From a candidate division WOR-3 bacterium (lineage in GTDB: Bacteria > Hydrothermota > Tepidihabitantia > SM23-42), in contig JAOUFJ010000002.1 of the NCBI GenBank assembly GCA_029858255.1, positions 10,637-74,636 of the forward strand: a DNA stretch of 64,000 bases, in the 5' to 3' direction. The position numbers were made by a program, and so were the translations under genes. The notes under the pieces are model-generated. The model was not told the DNA's origin, made no database searches, and saw nothing but the letters and a program-made list of their open reading frames with translations. Position 1 is the first letter of the stretch, and each line of letters opens with the position of its first letter. Of the stretch, positions 10,272-18,898 are shown one piece after another.

Positions 10272-11162
10272 TTATTTCAAGGGAGAATCTGCCAGCCTTT
10301 CCTTGCGGGAAAGAAAATATATCCCGCCTAACAAAGCCAAAATGCCAATGAATTGCATCGTCGTGATCGTTTCTTTCAACACTAAAAAGCCCAATACAGT
10401 AGCAAATAAAGGTGTGGAGAGCTCAAGCGCAGAGACCTGCGCCGCTTTTATAAGCTTGATGCCTTCGTAGTATAATACAGTACCCACGCCGATGATAACA
10501 CCGAGTAAGATTTGGTAGATGTTATTTATGGTAATACCTCTCAGAAACATCAGGTAGATGACAAAGACAACGCCGGCGAAAAAAAAACGATAAAAGGCAA
10601 TGATCGCTGCATTCAATCCTTTCAGATATCTGCGGGCCACGATGGCCGTCGTCGCCCATGAAATGGTGGCCAATAATACATACAGGTCGCCGACAGTTCC
10701 GATACGAACTGCGACCAGATTGTTTAAAGTCCGGCTGGTGACGAGGAGTCCCGCCACAATCATGAATAGAATTCCGAGATAATCGAATTTCGTGATGCGG
10801 TCGTCCTTCAGAAAGACAAAGCCGATCAATACAATGAATATCGGCTGCATGTGTCCTATCAATACGGCATTGATTACCTGCACCTTACTCAAGGCGTAGA
10901 CATACATCAAATCGGCAAAGAGTGTTGCTGCTATCGATAAGTAGACAAGTTTTGGCAGATATTTCATCTCTACGCGGAATCTCGTACCGGTCACGAGCAT
11001 GTATGCGGCTATTGTGATCAAACAGAAAATAGACCTGGTCGCAAATGTACTCAGCACATCAGTGGTTTGGTACGAAAGCTTGACCATAACAGGTTCTATG
11101 GCCCACATTACGCTCGCCCCGAGGACGACGATAACACCCTTTCTTTTTGTGCTCAGTGCGAT
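10272..11162 (-). CDS. DMT/EamA family transporter, probably with a non-canonical start (ATC 11162 or CTG 11156)
   Basis: About 10 TM segments in two EamA repeats. The frame is open upstream of Met 11108 and gives the typical KRKGVIVVLGASVMW first helix. SD GGGAG lies 6 nt before the ATC. Confidence 0.85.
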   Translation of the reverse strand: MALSTKRKGVIVVLGASVMWAIEPVMVKLSYQTTDVLSTFATRSIFCLITIAAYMLVTGTRFRVEMKYLPKLVYLSIAATLFADLMYVYALSKVQVINAVLIGHMQPIFIVLIGFVFLKDDRITKFDYLGILFMIVAGLLVTSRTLNNLVAVRIGTVGDLYVLLATISWATTAIVARRYLKGLNAAIIAFYRFFFAGVVFVIYLMFLRGITINNIYQILLGVIIGVGTVLYYEGIKLIKAAQVSALELSTPLFATVLGFLVLKETITTMQFIGILALLGGIYFLSRKERLADSPLK

Positions 11163-11201
11163 TGATGTCTCCCTGGATGCCAGACTATCTGCATTAAGGG
11201 A

Positions 11202-12029
11202 TCACTGAATGACAGCATGGGGAATAAAAGTAACAGAGAATTGGTGGGCAATAGACAAATTCCCGTAGGCAATAGAATACCCGATATCATAGCTTTCCAC
11301 GGAAACCGATATGCCTCCTGTCAGGCTGACGTCATCGAAAGAGATACTTGTGTTCGATTCACCTGTCAGGTTTTCGGGCTGTAAATACCTGCAACCAAGA
11401 AGCAGCTTTAGATCCCTGTAAGTGTAGACGATGCCCGTGTTAAATTCGATAAGGGGAACCTTTATTTCGGCAAGGAAGTCAATTCCTGAGGTTAAACTAT
11501 ACTTTATGCCCAATGCGGTAAATAGCGGTATTGAAGTATTTTCAGCGAATTCTTTACCAAGATTATCAACTTTCGCACCTATGCTCAAGGCCTTATATTG
11601 CAGGCGCGTGCCTATCGTCGCACAGAGACCATACATACTGTGATTATCTATTTGCTCAACAAAACCCTTTACCACCAGGCCAATCAGACCGAATCTGTAG
11701 CCTATTCCTGCGCAGAAATCATAGGGAGTAAACACCGTAGTAGGGTTTCCGGCTTCGTCGTATCCCTGGATTCGGCCGTAATTCATATACGTAATACCGA
11801 ACATGGTATTACGGTACACGCCGCCGCACGTCAGGTAGTTAGTTCCATAGAGCCAGCGGGACAATGTAAAATTGAAACTCATCGCCCCCGAGCATGCGGG
11901 ATTATGAAAAACCGGCAATCCTTCGTCGATCAGAACAGATGAACCACCCAGCCCCTGTGATACCACGCCTGGAGATAGCCTGAGGAACAGACTTGACTCG
12001 ATTGAGATCAGAAATAAAAGTGCTATCAT
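11202..12029 (-). CDS. outer-membrane beta-barrel protein, PorV/UPF0164-like
   Basis: GLGG...VFHNPA motif; YMNYGRIQGYDEAG; C-terminal HQFSVTF strand. Confidence 0.7.
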   Translation of the reverse strand: MIALLFLISIESSLFLRLSPGVVSQGLGGSSVLIDEGLPVFHNPACSGAMSFNFTLSRWLYGTNYLTCGGVYRNTMFGITYMNYGRIQGYDEAGNPTTVFTPYDFCAGIGYRFGLIGLVVKGFVEQIDNHSMYGLCATIGTRLQYKALSIGAKVDNLGKEFAENTSIPLFTALGIKYSLTSGIDFLAEIKVPLIEFNTGIVYTYRDLKLLLGCRYLQPENLTGESNTSISFDDVSLTGGISVSVESYDIGYSIAYGNLSIAHQFSVTFIPHAVIQ

Positions 12030-13270
12030 TTAATTATCGCCAGGCTCGTCCTGTAGTGATATTTATTATAACTTGTTTCGATTATGACATGAAGAAAATA
12101 TATACCCACCGGCAGATCGCCTCTCGGCAGTCTTATCCCGACGGCATCATATGTTTCGTCTTCGTATACCCGCTGTCCGAGAATGTTTATCATCGTGATC
12201 CTTGCTCTCAGAAAATCATCATGCCAGGGCAGTATCACATCTGCAAAGCTCTGCAGGGGATTTGGCCAAACCTTAACCTCCTGCTCGGATATGGTTGACC
12301 CGGTTTCATCACTCAAGTCAACCGCAAGCGGTAAATGGTCGGATGCCAAGTACAGCGCATCGGCAACTTCTGCTGGAACGACACTATTGTATCCGTAGTT
12401 GATCGCCAGATTGAAATGCTCTCCATCATTGCCGCAGATGGTATAGGAATCTTCCATAAGGTACAATCCTGCAGTATCGATGATGCTGGCAGAACATAAT
12501 ATCATATCAAAACGGTCATCCATGCCGCCAGTAGCACCCCCGTCCGGGAGTTGGTCAACCCTTGTGGATTGCGTGTGCGCCGCGGCATAATAAATGTTCT
12601 CATGCCAGTTGCCGGTCAATCGGAGGGGATCGATCAACCTGCCGCTGATACTTGTCAAACTATCGGTCAGTTTCTGAAAAGCGGGCTCGTCGCTATAGTA
12701 TATGTTAAAATCACCGGCGACGATGAAATTAGAGCCTGCAGGTAAGACGTCAAGACGCTCCCGCAGAATCGTCGCTTCCTGCAACCGTATTTGTTCGTTG
12801 GTCAACCCCTGCGATGCTTTGAAGTGAACCGAAAAGAGATACAGATCAGTCTGTGTTCCAGAGATGACCAACCTGTATTCAGCGATGTCGCGGTTAGGCG
12901 TCGTGTGGTACACGGCACCCAGGTAGTCAATACGGTCGGCCCTGTAGAATAACGCATTGTCGGTATCCGGGCCATTATTGAAAGGGGCATTCGTGTACGT
13001 GTTATTTACGTAATGCATGACCGAATCCAGGAAAAGAGACGCGCCTTCACTGCTGATCATTTCCTGTACTACAACTACATCCGGAGCAACGTAACTCATG
13101 GCGGTCCTCAAATCGTCGAGACGCTGGAACCCGAGCGCATCGGGGAAATTCAGTACGTTATAGGTCGCCACACGGATTGGCGCGCCGAATACCAGATTGA
13201 ACGGCGCCGCTAATATGCATACGAGTAACAAAGGGTTGAGATATCGCACATAAAATGAACGCATGGGCAT
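12026..13270 (-). CDS. secreted endonuclease/exonuclease/phosphatase (EEP) family protein with T9SS-type C-terminal domain
   Basis: TYNV, VQE, HFKA, GDFN, DRFD and SDH catalytic motifs; C-terminal WPNP...NILGQ...GIYF. Confidence 0.9.
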   Translation of the reverse strand: MPMRSFYVRYLNPLLLVCILAAPFNLVFGAPIRVATYNVLNFPDALGFQRLDDLRTAMSYVAPDVVVVQEMISSEGASLFLDSVMHYVNNTYTNAPFNNGPDTDNALFYRADRIDYLGAVYHTTPNRDIAEYRLVISGTQTDLYLFSVHFKASQGLTNEQIRLQEATILRERLDVLPAGSNFIVAGDFNIYYSDEPAFQKLTDSLTSISGRLIDPLRLTGNWHENIYYAAAHTQSTRVDQLPDGGATGGMDDRFDMILCSASIIDTAGLYLMEDSYTICGNDGEHFNLAINYGYNSVVPAEVADALYLASDHLPLAVDLSDETGSTISEQEVKVWPNPLQSFADVILPWHDDFLRARITMINILGQRVYEDETYDAVGIRLPRGDLPVGIYFLHVIIETSYNKYHYRTSLAIIK

Positions 13271-13311
13271 TTTATAGTCCTTTCACCTGTTGAAATAATT
13301 TGAGCAGATCG

Positions 13312-14820
13312 TCACTTGCGGGCGACATCGATTATTCTGCCTTCGATACGCCCTTTGATTGGAGTGTGTTTTTTTACATAATCGGCGATGATGCTTCTCA
13401 GGTAGTGAAAAGAATCCTGAATATTATCTCCGGATTTGAAGATGACATACTCGCCCCCGCCTGCAGCAAGAAAGGAGTTGGTAACAAGAGAATATTTCTT
13501 ATCCGGGTCTATCGGAATCCCGTCACGTAAGGATACCTCCAGTATCCGCGAACCTAAAGGTTTTTTCGAGTCATATCTAAATCTTAAACCTGATACCTGG
13601 AATATCGCGTGATGGCCGTTGACACCGATCTCCAGTGCCTCAATGATATTGCGGCCGGTCATTTCCATGACGACTGCAGTATTAGAGAGCGCATCGATGT
13701 TGTAACAGTCACGGTATGTAATATCACCTTTCGGCATATTAGCCCTGATGCCACCCGAATTGTGTATCGCCAGTTCAGCATCAAAATACTCACGCATTGC
13801 ATCGGTAATCAGATTGCCGATCGCAGTCTCCTCAAAACCAGCCCTCGCGAGTTCTTCTTCTGAATAACCGATAACCTCATCAAATCCCTTCTGCGTAATT
13901 TTCTCCCATCTCTCGACTATCCCGAGCATTACGGTATCTTCATCGATCTGTTCGCTGAGGAGATCAACGAGTTCTCCCCTATACCCGGCGATACGTTTTG
14001 TCTGTTTATCAACCCAGAGATCCAGAAATCCGATACTACTCAGATGACCATATGCCTGGCATATGATCGTGTGGTTGATCGAATCCTCGTACGGTACTTC
14101 AAGCGCAGTTGCGCTGTGTGAGCCAATGATGACATCGATTCCCTTGACTGTACTTGCCAACCGTTTGTCGTGTCGCAGCCCTATGCCAGTTACGGCAAAA
14201 ATCATATCTACCTTATTTTCCTGTAAAGAATCCACGTAATGCACGGCAGTTTCGACCTCGGGCAGGACATCATGATTTGCGAATCTCTCTGGCGTTGTCA
14301 TTCCGGACATATACTCGGTAAGCAAACTGAAGATACCGATGCGTACCCCGACTTGTTCCACAATAACGCAGGGCTCCAAGTAGTTAACTACACTACGGGC
14401 TTCTTTGTCGACGATATTGCTGCCAAGAAATGTAGCGTTGACCTTTTCCACGAATTCCCTGAATACTTCAACACCCTGGTCATAGTCATGATTGCCTGGT
14501 GCTACAACATCATACCCGCAGTAATTGAAATACTCGGCAACGGCCTGACCTTTTGAAAATTCACCGATGGGCGACCCGACGAACATGTCGCCGGCATCGA
14601 ATAACAGGAAGCCATATCCGAGGCTGGCGGCTTCAGCCCGCTTCTCTTCAATGAACGTCGCCGCTGCCCCAGCATTGCCGATGGGCGGTGGGAAATACGG
14701 ATTCATCCACCAGGCGGTGCTGGGCGATAGCGCGCCTTCAATATCATTGGTATGTAGAATATAAATGTGATCATAAGATTGGGCTTGTGATAGTAGAAAA
14801 AATAGGAGAATGCTATACAA
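13312..14820 (-). CDS. 5'-nucleotidase/UDP-sugar hydrolase (UshA-like) with altered metal ligands
   Basis: HTND, DAGD, GNHD and GSH motifs; C-terminal nucleotide-binding domain (NSGGIR, QVSG, TNSFLA). Confidence 0.85.
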   Translation of the reverse strand: MYSILLFFLLSQAQSYDHIYILHTNDIEGALSPSTAWWMNPYFPPPIGNAGAAATFIEEKRAEAASLGYGFLLFDAGDMFVGSPIGEFSKGQAVAEYFNYCGYDVVAPGNHDYDQGVEVFREFVEKVNATFLGSNIVDKEARSVVNYLEPCVIVEQVGVRIGIFSLLTEYMSGMTTPERFANHDVLPEVETAVHYVDSLQENKVDMIFAVTGIGLRHDKRLASTVKGIDVIIGSHSATALEVPYEDSINHTIICQAYGHLSSIGFLDLWVDKQTKRIAGYRGELVDLLSEQIDEDTVMLGIVERWEKITQKGFDEVIGYSEEELARAGFEETAIGNLITDAMREYFDAELAIHNSGGIRANMPKGDITYRDCYNIDALSNTAVVMEMTGRNIIEALEIGVNGHHAIFQVSGLRFRYDSKKPLGSRILEVSLRDGIPIDPDKKYSLVTNSFLAAGGGEYVIFKSGDNIQDSFHYLRSIIADYVKKHTPIKGRIEGRIIDVARK

Positions 14821-14826
14821 CTTTTC

Positions 14827-15915
14827 TCAGAACTGCATTCCAGTTGAAACTACAAAATGATGAGTGGTTTCGTCCAATTTATAATTTTCGCTGAGATCCA
14901 GCGTTAAATAATCCGCGGCAAGATAGTCACGCTTTCCATAGCAGTATCCTATGTCGAAAGAATAGGAACCCGCGTAGAATCCGAAACCCAGTGTAAGGTT
15001 CGTTGTCCAGATAACGCTTTGCCTATAGTCAGGGAAAACACAAAAGCCGTACCGCAGGTTATACCTGCGAAGGATCATATGTTCAACACCGATTTTGTAT
15101 ATGAATATATTATTATCTTCTATGCCCTCCCACATTTCAGCCTCGACCTGTGCGAGAAACCTCGTCGGGATCCTGCCCGGAGGTTGATACATGATGCCAA
15201 ATGAATGTATCTCTGGATATTCATAGCCAATATCAGCAAGTTCATACCGGTGCTGGTATGTGTATGCCATTCGAAAATTGATGGTCGGTGCGATGGAAAT
15301 CCCGAGTTTTATCCTGTTGCCGTCAAGAGTCGTCTCTTCACTGCTGACCGTGTCGGCGACTTGCGGTATGATGACAGTTTTCTCCATGACCCGATTTCCA
15401 AAGAGAAATGCATTTTGGACGCCGACGCTGACGAACCTGTAATTGAATGCGACCATGGGTGAAACAGCCTGCACATAACCCCGGTGAGTGAGTTCATCAA
15501 TGCGGACGATCTGGTAGAAATCGTCGCGATGTTCCTCACGATAAGAATAGTTGTAATCCCATACCGGAGCATACTGCAATCCCGCGCGTATCATGCTCAA
15601 AGGGAACACGAAAGAACATGCTCCAGGGTTGAGATACGTACCCGTGTTGTTCGCCACGGTCGCAATACCAATATTATTGCCGAATGAATCATACACGCGC
15701 AACCCGCGGTTTTCGTTCTGCACCATGAGCAAACCGGAAAGCTGTACTGCCCTTTTGTCAAACAGCACCATCGACGCGGGATTGGCCGTACTTTCTAAGA
15801 CAATGGATACTCCCCCGAGTGATAAGGTACGGGCATCATAGTAGAATATGCGATCGCCCTGGTGGGATACACCGGGTAAGGTTAACCCTGCAATATAGAT
15901 GATCAGTTGTAGCAT
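14827..15915 (-). CDS. outer-membrane beta-barrel protein (FadL/PorV-like)
   Basis: DARTLSLGG...NPA motif, amphipathic strands, terminal Phe; ATG overlaps the pdaD stop (TAATG). Confidence 0.7.
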   Translation of the reverse strand: MLQLIIYIAGLTLPGVSHQGDRIFYYDARTLSLGGVSIVLESTANPASMVLFDKRAVQLSGLLMVQNENRGLRVYDSFGNNIGIATVANNTGTYLNPGACSFVFPLSMIRAGLQYAPVWDYNYSYREEHRDDFYQIVRIDELTHRGYVQAVSPMVAFNYRFVSVGVQNAFLFGNRVMEKTVIIPQVADTVSSEETTLDGNRIKLGISIAPTINFRMAYTYQHRYELADIGYEYPEIHSFGIMYQPPGRIPTRFLAQVEAEMWEGIEDNNIFIYKIGVEHMILRRYNLRYGFCVFPDYRQSVIWTTNLTLGFGFYAGSYSFDIGYCYGKRDYLAADYLTLDLSENYKLDETTHHFVVSTGMQF

Positions 15916-16457
15916 TATGGCACCATCACGGCGGCAGCGAGCACAGTCGTCCAGAGGCCGTATTTATCGCCTATCGCGGTCTGGGTGATATTCATTGTCT
16001 TTACGATCTTTGTAGATATCTTCCACAATTCCTTTCGTTCGTCGTAACTGATATCGGGGTCAAAAGGTACACCCTGAGTCGTCGCCAGCATCTGGGCTGC
16101 GAGGTCCTCGGCTTTGTCGCCCGCCCGCACTTCAGTCTCGCCGAAAGAATGGTACTCGGAAAGATATCCGTATTGAGAACGGTCGCTCGGAATGGCAACA
16201 CCTATTGATGCCGCAAGCAATCGGTGGGGTTCGTTGGCACTGGATTCAGCTACTACGGCATAGATGATCTCTCCGGGCGATAGATGCTGAATGCCCTTAC
16301 TCCTCGGCAGGATCTTCGCTCCCGGCGGTAAAATGCTTGAAACCCTGACGATATTGAACGGCGCTATTCCTGCATCCCGCAGTGCCGCTTCGAAACTTGT
16401 CAGCCTCTCTCTGTGCTTACCAACACCCTTGGTCAAGAATATTCTTTTTGGTATCAT
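15915..16457 (-). CDS. pdaD: pyruvoyl-dependent arginine decarboxylase
   Basis: SFEAALRDAGI, NIVRVSSILP self-cleavage site, GYLSEYH. The true start is ATG 16457 after GGAG; the ORF-track start lies inside the tRNA. Confidence 0.92.
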   Translation of the reverse strand: MIPKRIFLTKGVGKHRERLTSFEAALRDAGIAPFNIVRVSSILPPGAKILPRSKGIQHLSPGEIIYAVVAESSANEPHRLLAASIGVAIPSDRSQYGYLSEYHSFGETEVRAGDKAEDLAAQMLATTQGVPFDPDISYDERKELWKISTKIVKTMNITQTAIGDKYGLWTTVLAAAVMVP

Positions 16458-16468
16458 ATTCTCCAATA

Positions 16469-16541
16469 TGGAGCAGACCAGAGTCGAACTGGCGACCTTC
16501 TCGCTGCGAACGAGACGCTCTCCCAACTGAGCTACTGCCCC
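16469..16541 (-). tRNA. tRNA-Ala(CGC), no encoded CCA
   Basis: GGGGCAGTAGCTCAGTTGGGAGAGCGTCTCGTT-CGC-AGCGAGAAGGTCGCCAGTTCGACTCTGGTCTGCTCCA folds as a cloverleaf with the G3:U70 Ala determinant. Confidence 0.97.
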
Positions 16542-16555
16542 TCATTTTGTTCGTG

Positions 16556-16583
16556 ATTATAGCAATATTTGTATTCCTGTCAA
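16556..16583 (-). promoter_or_regulatory. sigma70-type promoter of tRNA-Ala
   Basis: TTGACA-N16-TATAAT. Confidence 0.85.
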
Positions 16584-17164
16584 CATTCATTTATCTGACT
16601 TTCACCACCCAGTTCATCTTCGATTATCCCCAATATTTTGGATGTCGTTGTTCGCAGGTCATTGTTCTCAATCACGTATTTGTAGTCTTTCCTGTACTCT
16701 AGTTCCTGTATTGCCTTAGCGATCCTTTTCTTTATGACTTCATCTTTATCGGTATCTCTCTTTTTCAATCGTCGTTCAAGCTCGGCAATGTCAGGAGGTA
16801 TGATGTAAAAGAAGATCCCGTCGGGATAGAGATTCATGAGTCTTCTCGCGCCCTGCACATCCACATCCATCAATATATTATACCCGGCGCTAAGTCCATC
16901 CTCCAGGGATTTTCTGGAAGTACCGTAGAAGTTACCATACACTTCAGCGTATTCGACGAAACGGTCCTGCTCGATCCACTGTTTGAACTCATCCACGCTC
17001 AGAAAAATGTACTCTCTGCCGTTCTTCTCGACCGTTCGTTTGGACCTTGAAGTCGCTGAAACAGAATAGCGTACGTCAGAGCGCTCGCCCAGAATTTTGT
17101 CGCAGATTGTAGTCTTTCCAACGCCAGAAGGCCCGGAGAGGACAATAATTCTTCCTCTATTCAA
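16580..17164 (-). CDS. gmk: guanylate kinase
   Basis: SGPSGVGKTT P-loop, SATSR, YGT and DVQG motifs; TTG start overlaps the end of yicC. Confidence 0.95.
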   Translation of the reverse strand: MNRGRIIVLSGPSGVGKTTICDKILGERSDVRYSVSATSRSKRTVEKNGREYIFLSVDEFKQWIEQDRFVEYAEVYGNFYGTSRKSLEDGLSAGYNILMDVDVQGARRLMNLYPDGIFFYIIPPDIAELERRLKKRDTDKDEVIKKRIAKAIQELEYRKDYKYVIENNDLRTTTSKILGIIEDELGGESQINEC

Positions 17165-18032
17165 GGTTTTGCACCTGTTCTCTGATCTTTTCAACTTCTT
17201 CCTTAACCTGGACCGCGGTTTTACTGATCTGCAGGTAATTCGCTTTGACACTCAGGGTATTCGCCTCACGCTGCATTTCCTGTAGCAAGAAATTGAGTTT
17301 ACGCCCAGGATGATCCTCTGTCTTCAACGAATCCTTGAATAGCATCAAATGGCTGAACAGTCTTTTGCATTCCTCGGTGACGTCGGTACGCTCTGCCGTG
17401 TAAAGTAATTCCTGATAAAGACGTTCTTCATTGAGTTCTTTTACCGACCCCTGAACGAGTGAGAGCAAATGGTCTTTGTAGTACTTGTTACGTTCGGGTA
17501 TGATACGTTCGATTTCATGCACGCATTCTTCGATCAATTTGACCGATTTACTTATCTCACGGACGATATTCTTCCCTTCTTTCTTCTTCATCTGCATCAG
17601 ATCTTTGATGGCTTGCTCCAGGATCGGTTTAAAACTCTTGTAGATGCCTTGGGATTCTATCTGAAGCTGGCTGAACTTTATCAATCCTGGAATGGACATC
17701 AGTGTGTTAATATCGATATCTCCGCCTATCTGATAATTAGTGCGTAACTCCTCGGCTAATTTCAAGTATGCCTCGAGAAGATTTTTGTCGACTTCAATCT
17801 TTGTTGGCACGATCTCTCTGTCTTGCTGGATCACCACCACGATATGTCCACGCGTTAGCTGAGATTGCACATCGCGGCGGATGTCAGTTTCACAAGGAAA
17901 CAGGCAATTAGGAAGCTTGATCGATAGATCGAGAAACCGATGATTGTATGACCTTATTTCTACATCAAATTTCAACGGGGGATCTTTCAGATCACCGCTC
18001 GCCCGTCCAATGCCGGTCATGCTATATGCCAC
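17157..18032 (-). CDS. yicC: YicC/YloC family endoribonuclease
   Basis: MxYSMTGxG, NHRFLD, GRKLNFLLQEMQREANT and EKIREQVQNLE motifs; synteny with gmk. Confidence 0.95.
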   Translation of the reverse strand: MAYSMTGIGRASGDLKDPPLKFDVEIRSYNHRFLDLSIKLPNCLFPCETDIRRDVQSQLTRGHIVVVIQQDREIVPTKIEVDKNLLEAYLKLAEELRTNYQIGGDIDINTLMSIPGLIKFSQLQIESQGIYKSFKPILEQAIKDLMQMKKKEGKNIVREISKSVKLIEECVHEIERIIPERNKYYKDHLLSLVQGSVKELNEERLYQELLYTAERTDVTEECKRLFSHLMLFKDSLKTEDHPGRKLNFLLQEMQREANTLSVKANYLQISKTAVQVKEEVEKIREQVQNLE

Positions 18033-18469
18033 TATTCCTCCAAGATTATTGTCACGGGTCCCTCATTCACGAGCGCAACGGACATTCTCTCACCGAATGA
18101 GCCGGATTTAGTAGTAATGCCGGAAACGGCAAGCATATTGACAAAACTTTGATAGAGCTCTTTGGCCAGCTCAGGTTCCTCGGCTTCAGTGAAAGATGGC
18201 CGCCTTCCGCGCGATGTATCGGCAAGAAGAGTGAATTGGGAGACCACGAGTGCTTCACCACCTACATCTCTTAGAGAGTCGTTGAATTTCCCATGTTTAT
18301 CCTCGAAAATCCGTAAGTTCATGCACCGTTCAGCGAGCCGCTTCGCCTTGCCTTCATCATCTCCCCTTTTTACACCGAGCAGAACCAGTATTCCCGCACC
18401 GATGTTCGATACTATCTTCTTATCGACGCACACCTCGGCTTCCCTGACTCTCTGAATGACCGCAATCAT
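18032..18469 (-). CDS. dtd: D-aminoacyl-tRNA deacylase
   Basis: VIQRV, SQFTL, GRRPSF and NEGPVT motifs. Confidence 0.96.
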   Translation of the reverse strand: MIAVIQRVREAEVCVDKKIVSNIGAGILVLLGVKRGDDEGKAKRLAERCMNLRIFEDKHGKFNDSLRDVGGEALVVSQFTLLADTSRGRRPSFTEAEEPELAKELYQSFVNMLAVSGITTKSGSFGERMSVALVNEGPVTIILEE

Positions 18470-18625
18470 GTCAAGATTTGGATAAACACGATCGGGTTAC
18501 GCTCATTTGTCCAGAATAGAAAAAAATCAAAGCACTAACGAACATAAACGCCAAACTAATCACCATAGTCCCCTTTGTTCGCATAATACTACAACCCAAA
18601 AAAATAGAATCATTGAGCGTTCACC

Positions 18626-18697
18626 AGCGGGGGACGGGATTCGAACCCGCAACCAACGGCTTGGAAGGCCGTGACTCTACCATTGAGCTACCCCCGC
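18626..18697 (-). tRNA. tRNA-Gly(TCC), no encoded CCA
   Basis: GCGGGGGTAGCTCAATGGTAGAGTCACGGCCT-TCC-AAGCCGTTGGTTGCGGGTTCGAATCCCGTCCCCCGCT folds as a cloverleaf. Confidence 0.97.
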
Positions 18698-18704
18698 ACG
18701 ACCT

Positions 18705-18732
18705 ATTATAGCGCAGTATTGTTGGAAGTCAA
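18705..18732 (-). promoter_or_regulatory. sigma70-type promoter of tRNA-Gly
   Basis: TTGACT-N16-TATAAT, 7 nt before the tRNA. Confidence 0.85.
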
Positions 18733-18768
18733 CATGATCGTGCGGTCGTTTTTTCTCGCGCTGTATCA

Positions 18769-18797
18769 TTGACAATATCGGGAAATTAAGATAAAAT
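18769..18797 (+). promoter_or_regulatory. sigma70-type promoter of the NCS2 permease (the one clear 17-bp spacer)
   Basis: TTGACA-N17-TAAAAT. Confidence 0.7.
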
Positions 18798-18898
18798 AAA
18801 ATGAAGTGATTTCAACATCCAGATTCTTAATTCATAAAACAACCGTGCAGGTAAACGCGAAGATTAGCTGAATTGTTGAACCTGATGAGGGAGGAACA

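Noticed and set aside
16458..16526. N-terminal extension of pdaD in the ORF track
   Set aside because: It overlaps tRNA-Ala; the real start is ATG 16457 with its own SD
16469..18697. tRNAs as integration sites of a genomic island
   Set aside because: No integrase and no duplicated tRNA 3' end seen; the flanking genes are housekeeping
18800..18898. Purine riboswitch upstream of the NCS2 permease
   Set aside because: The core motifs (TATAAT...GATATGG...GTTTCTACC...CCGTAAA...GACTA) are absent
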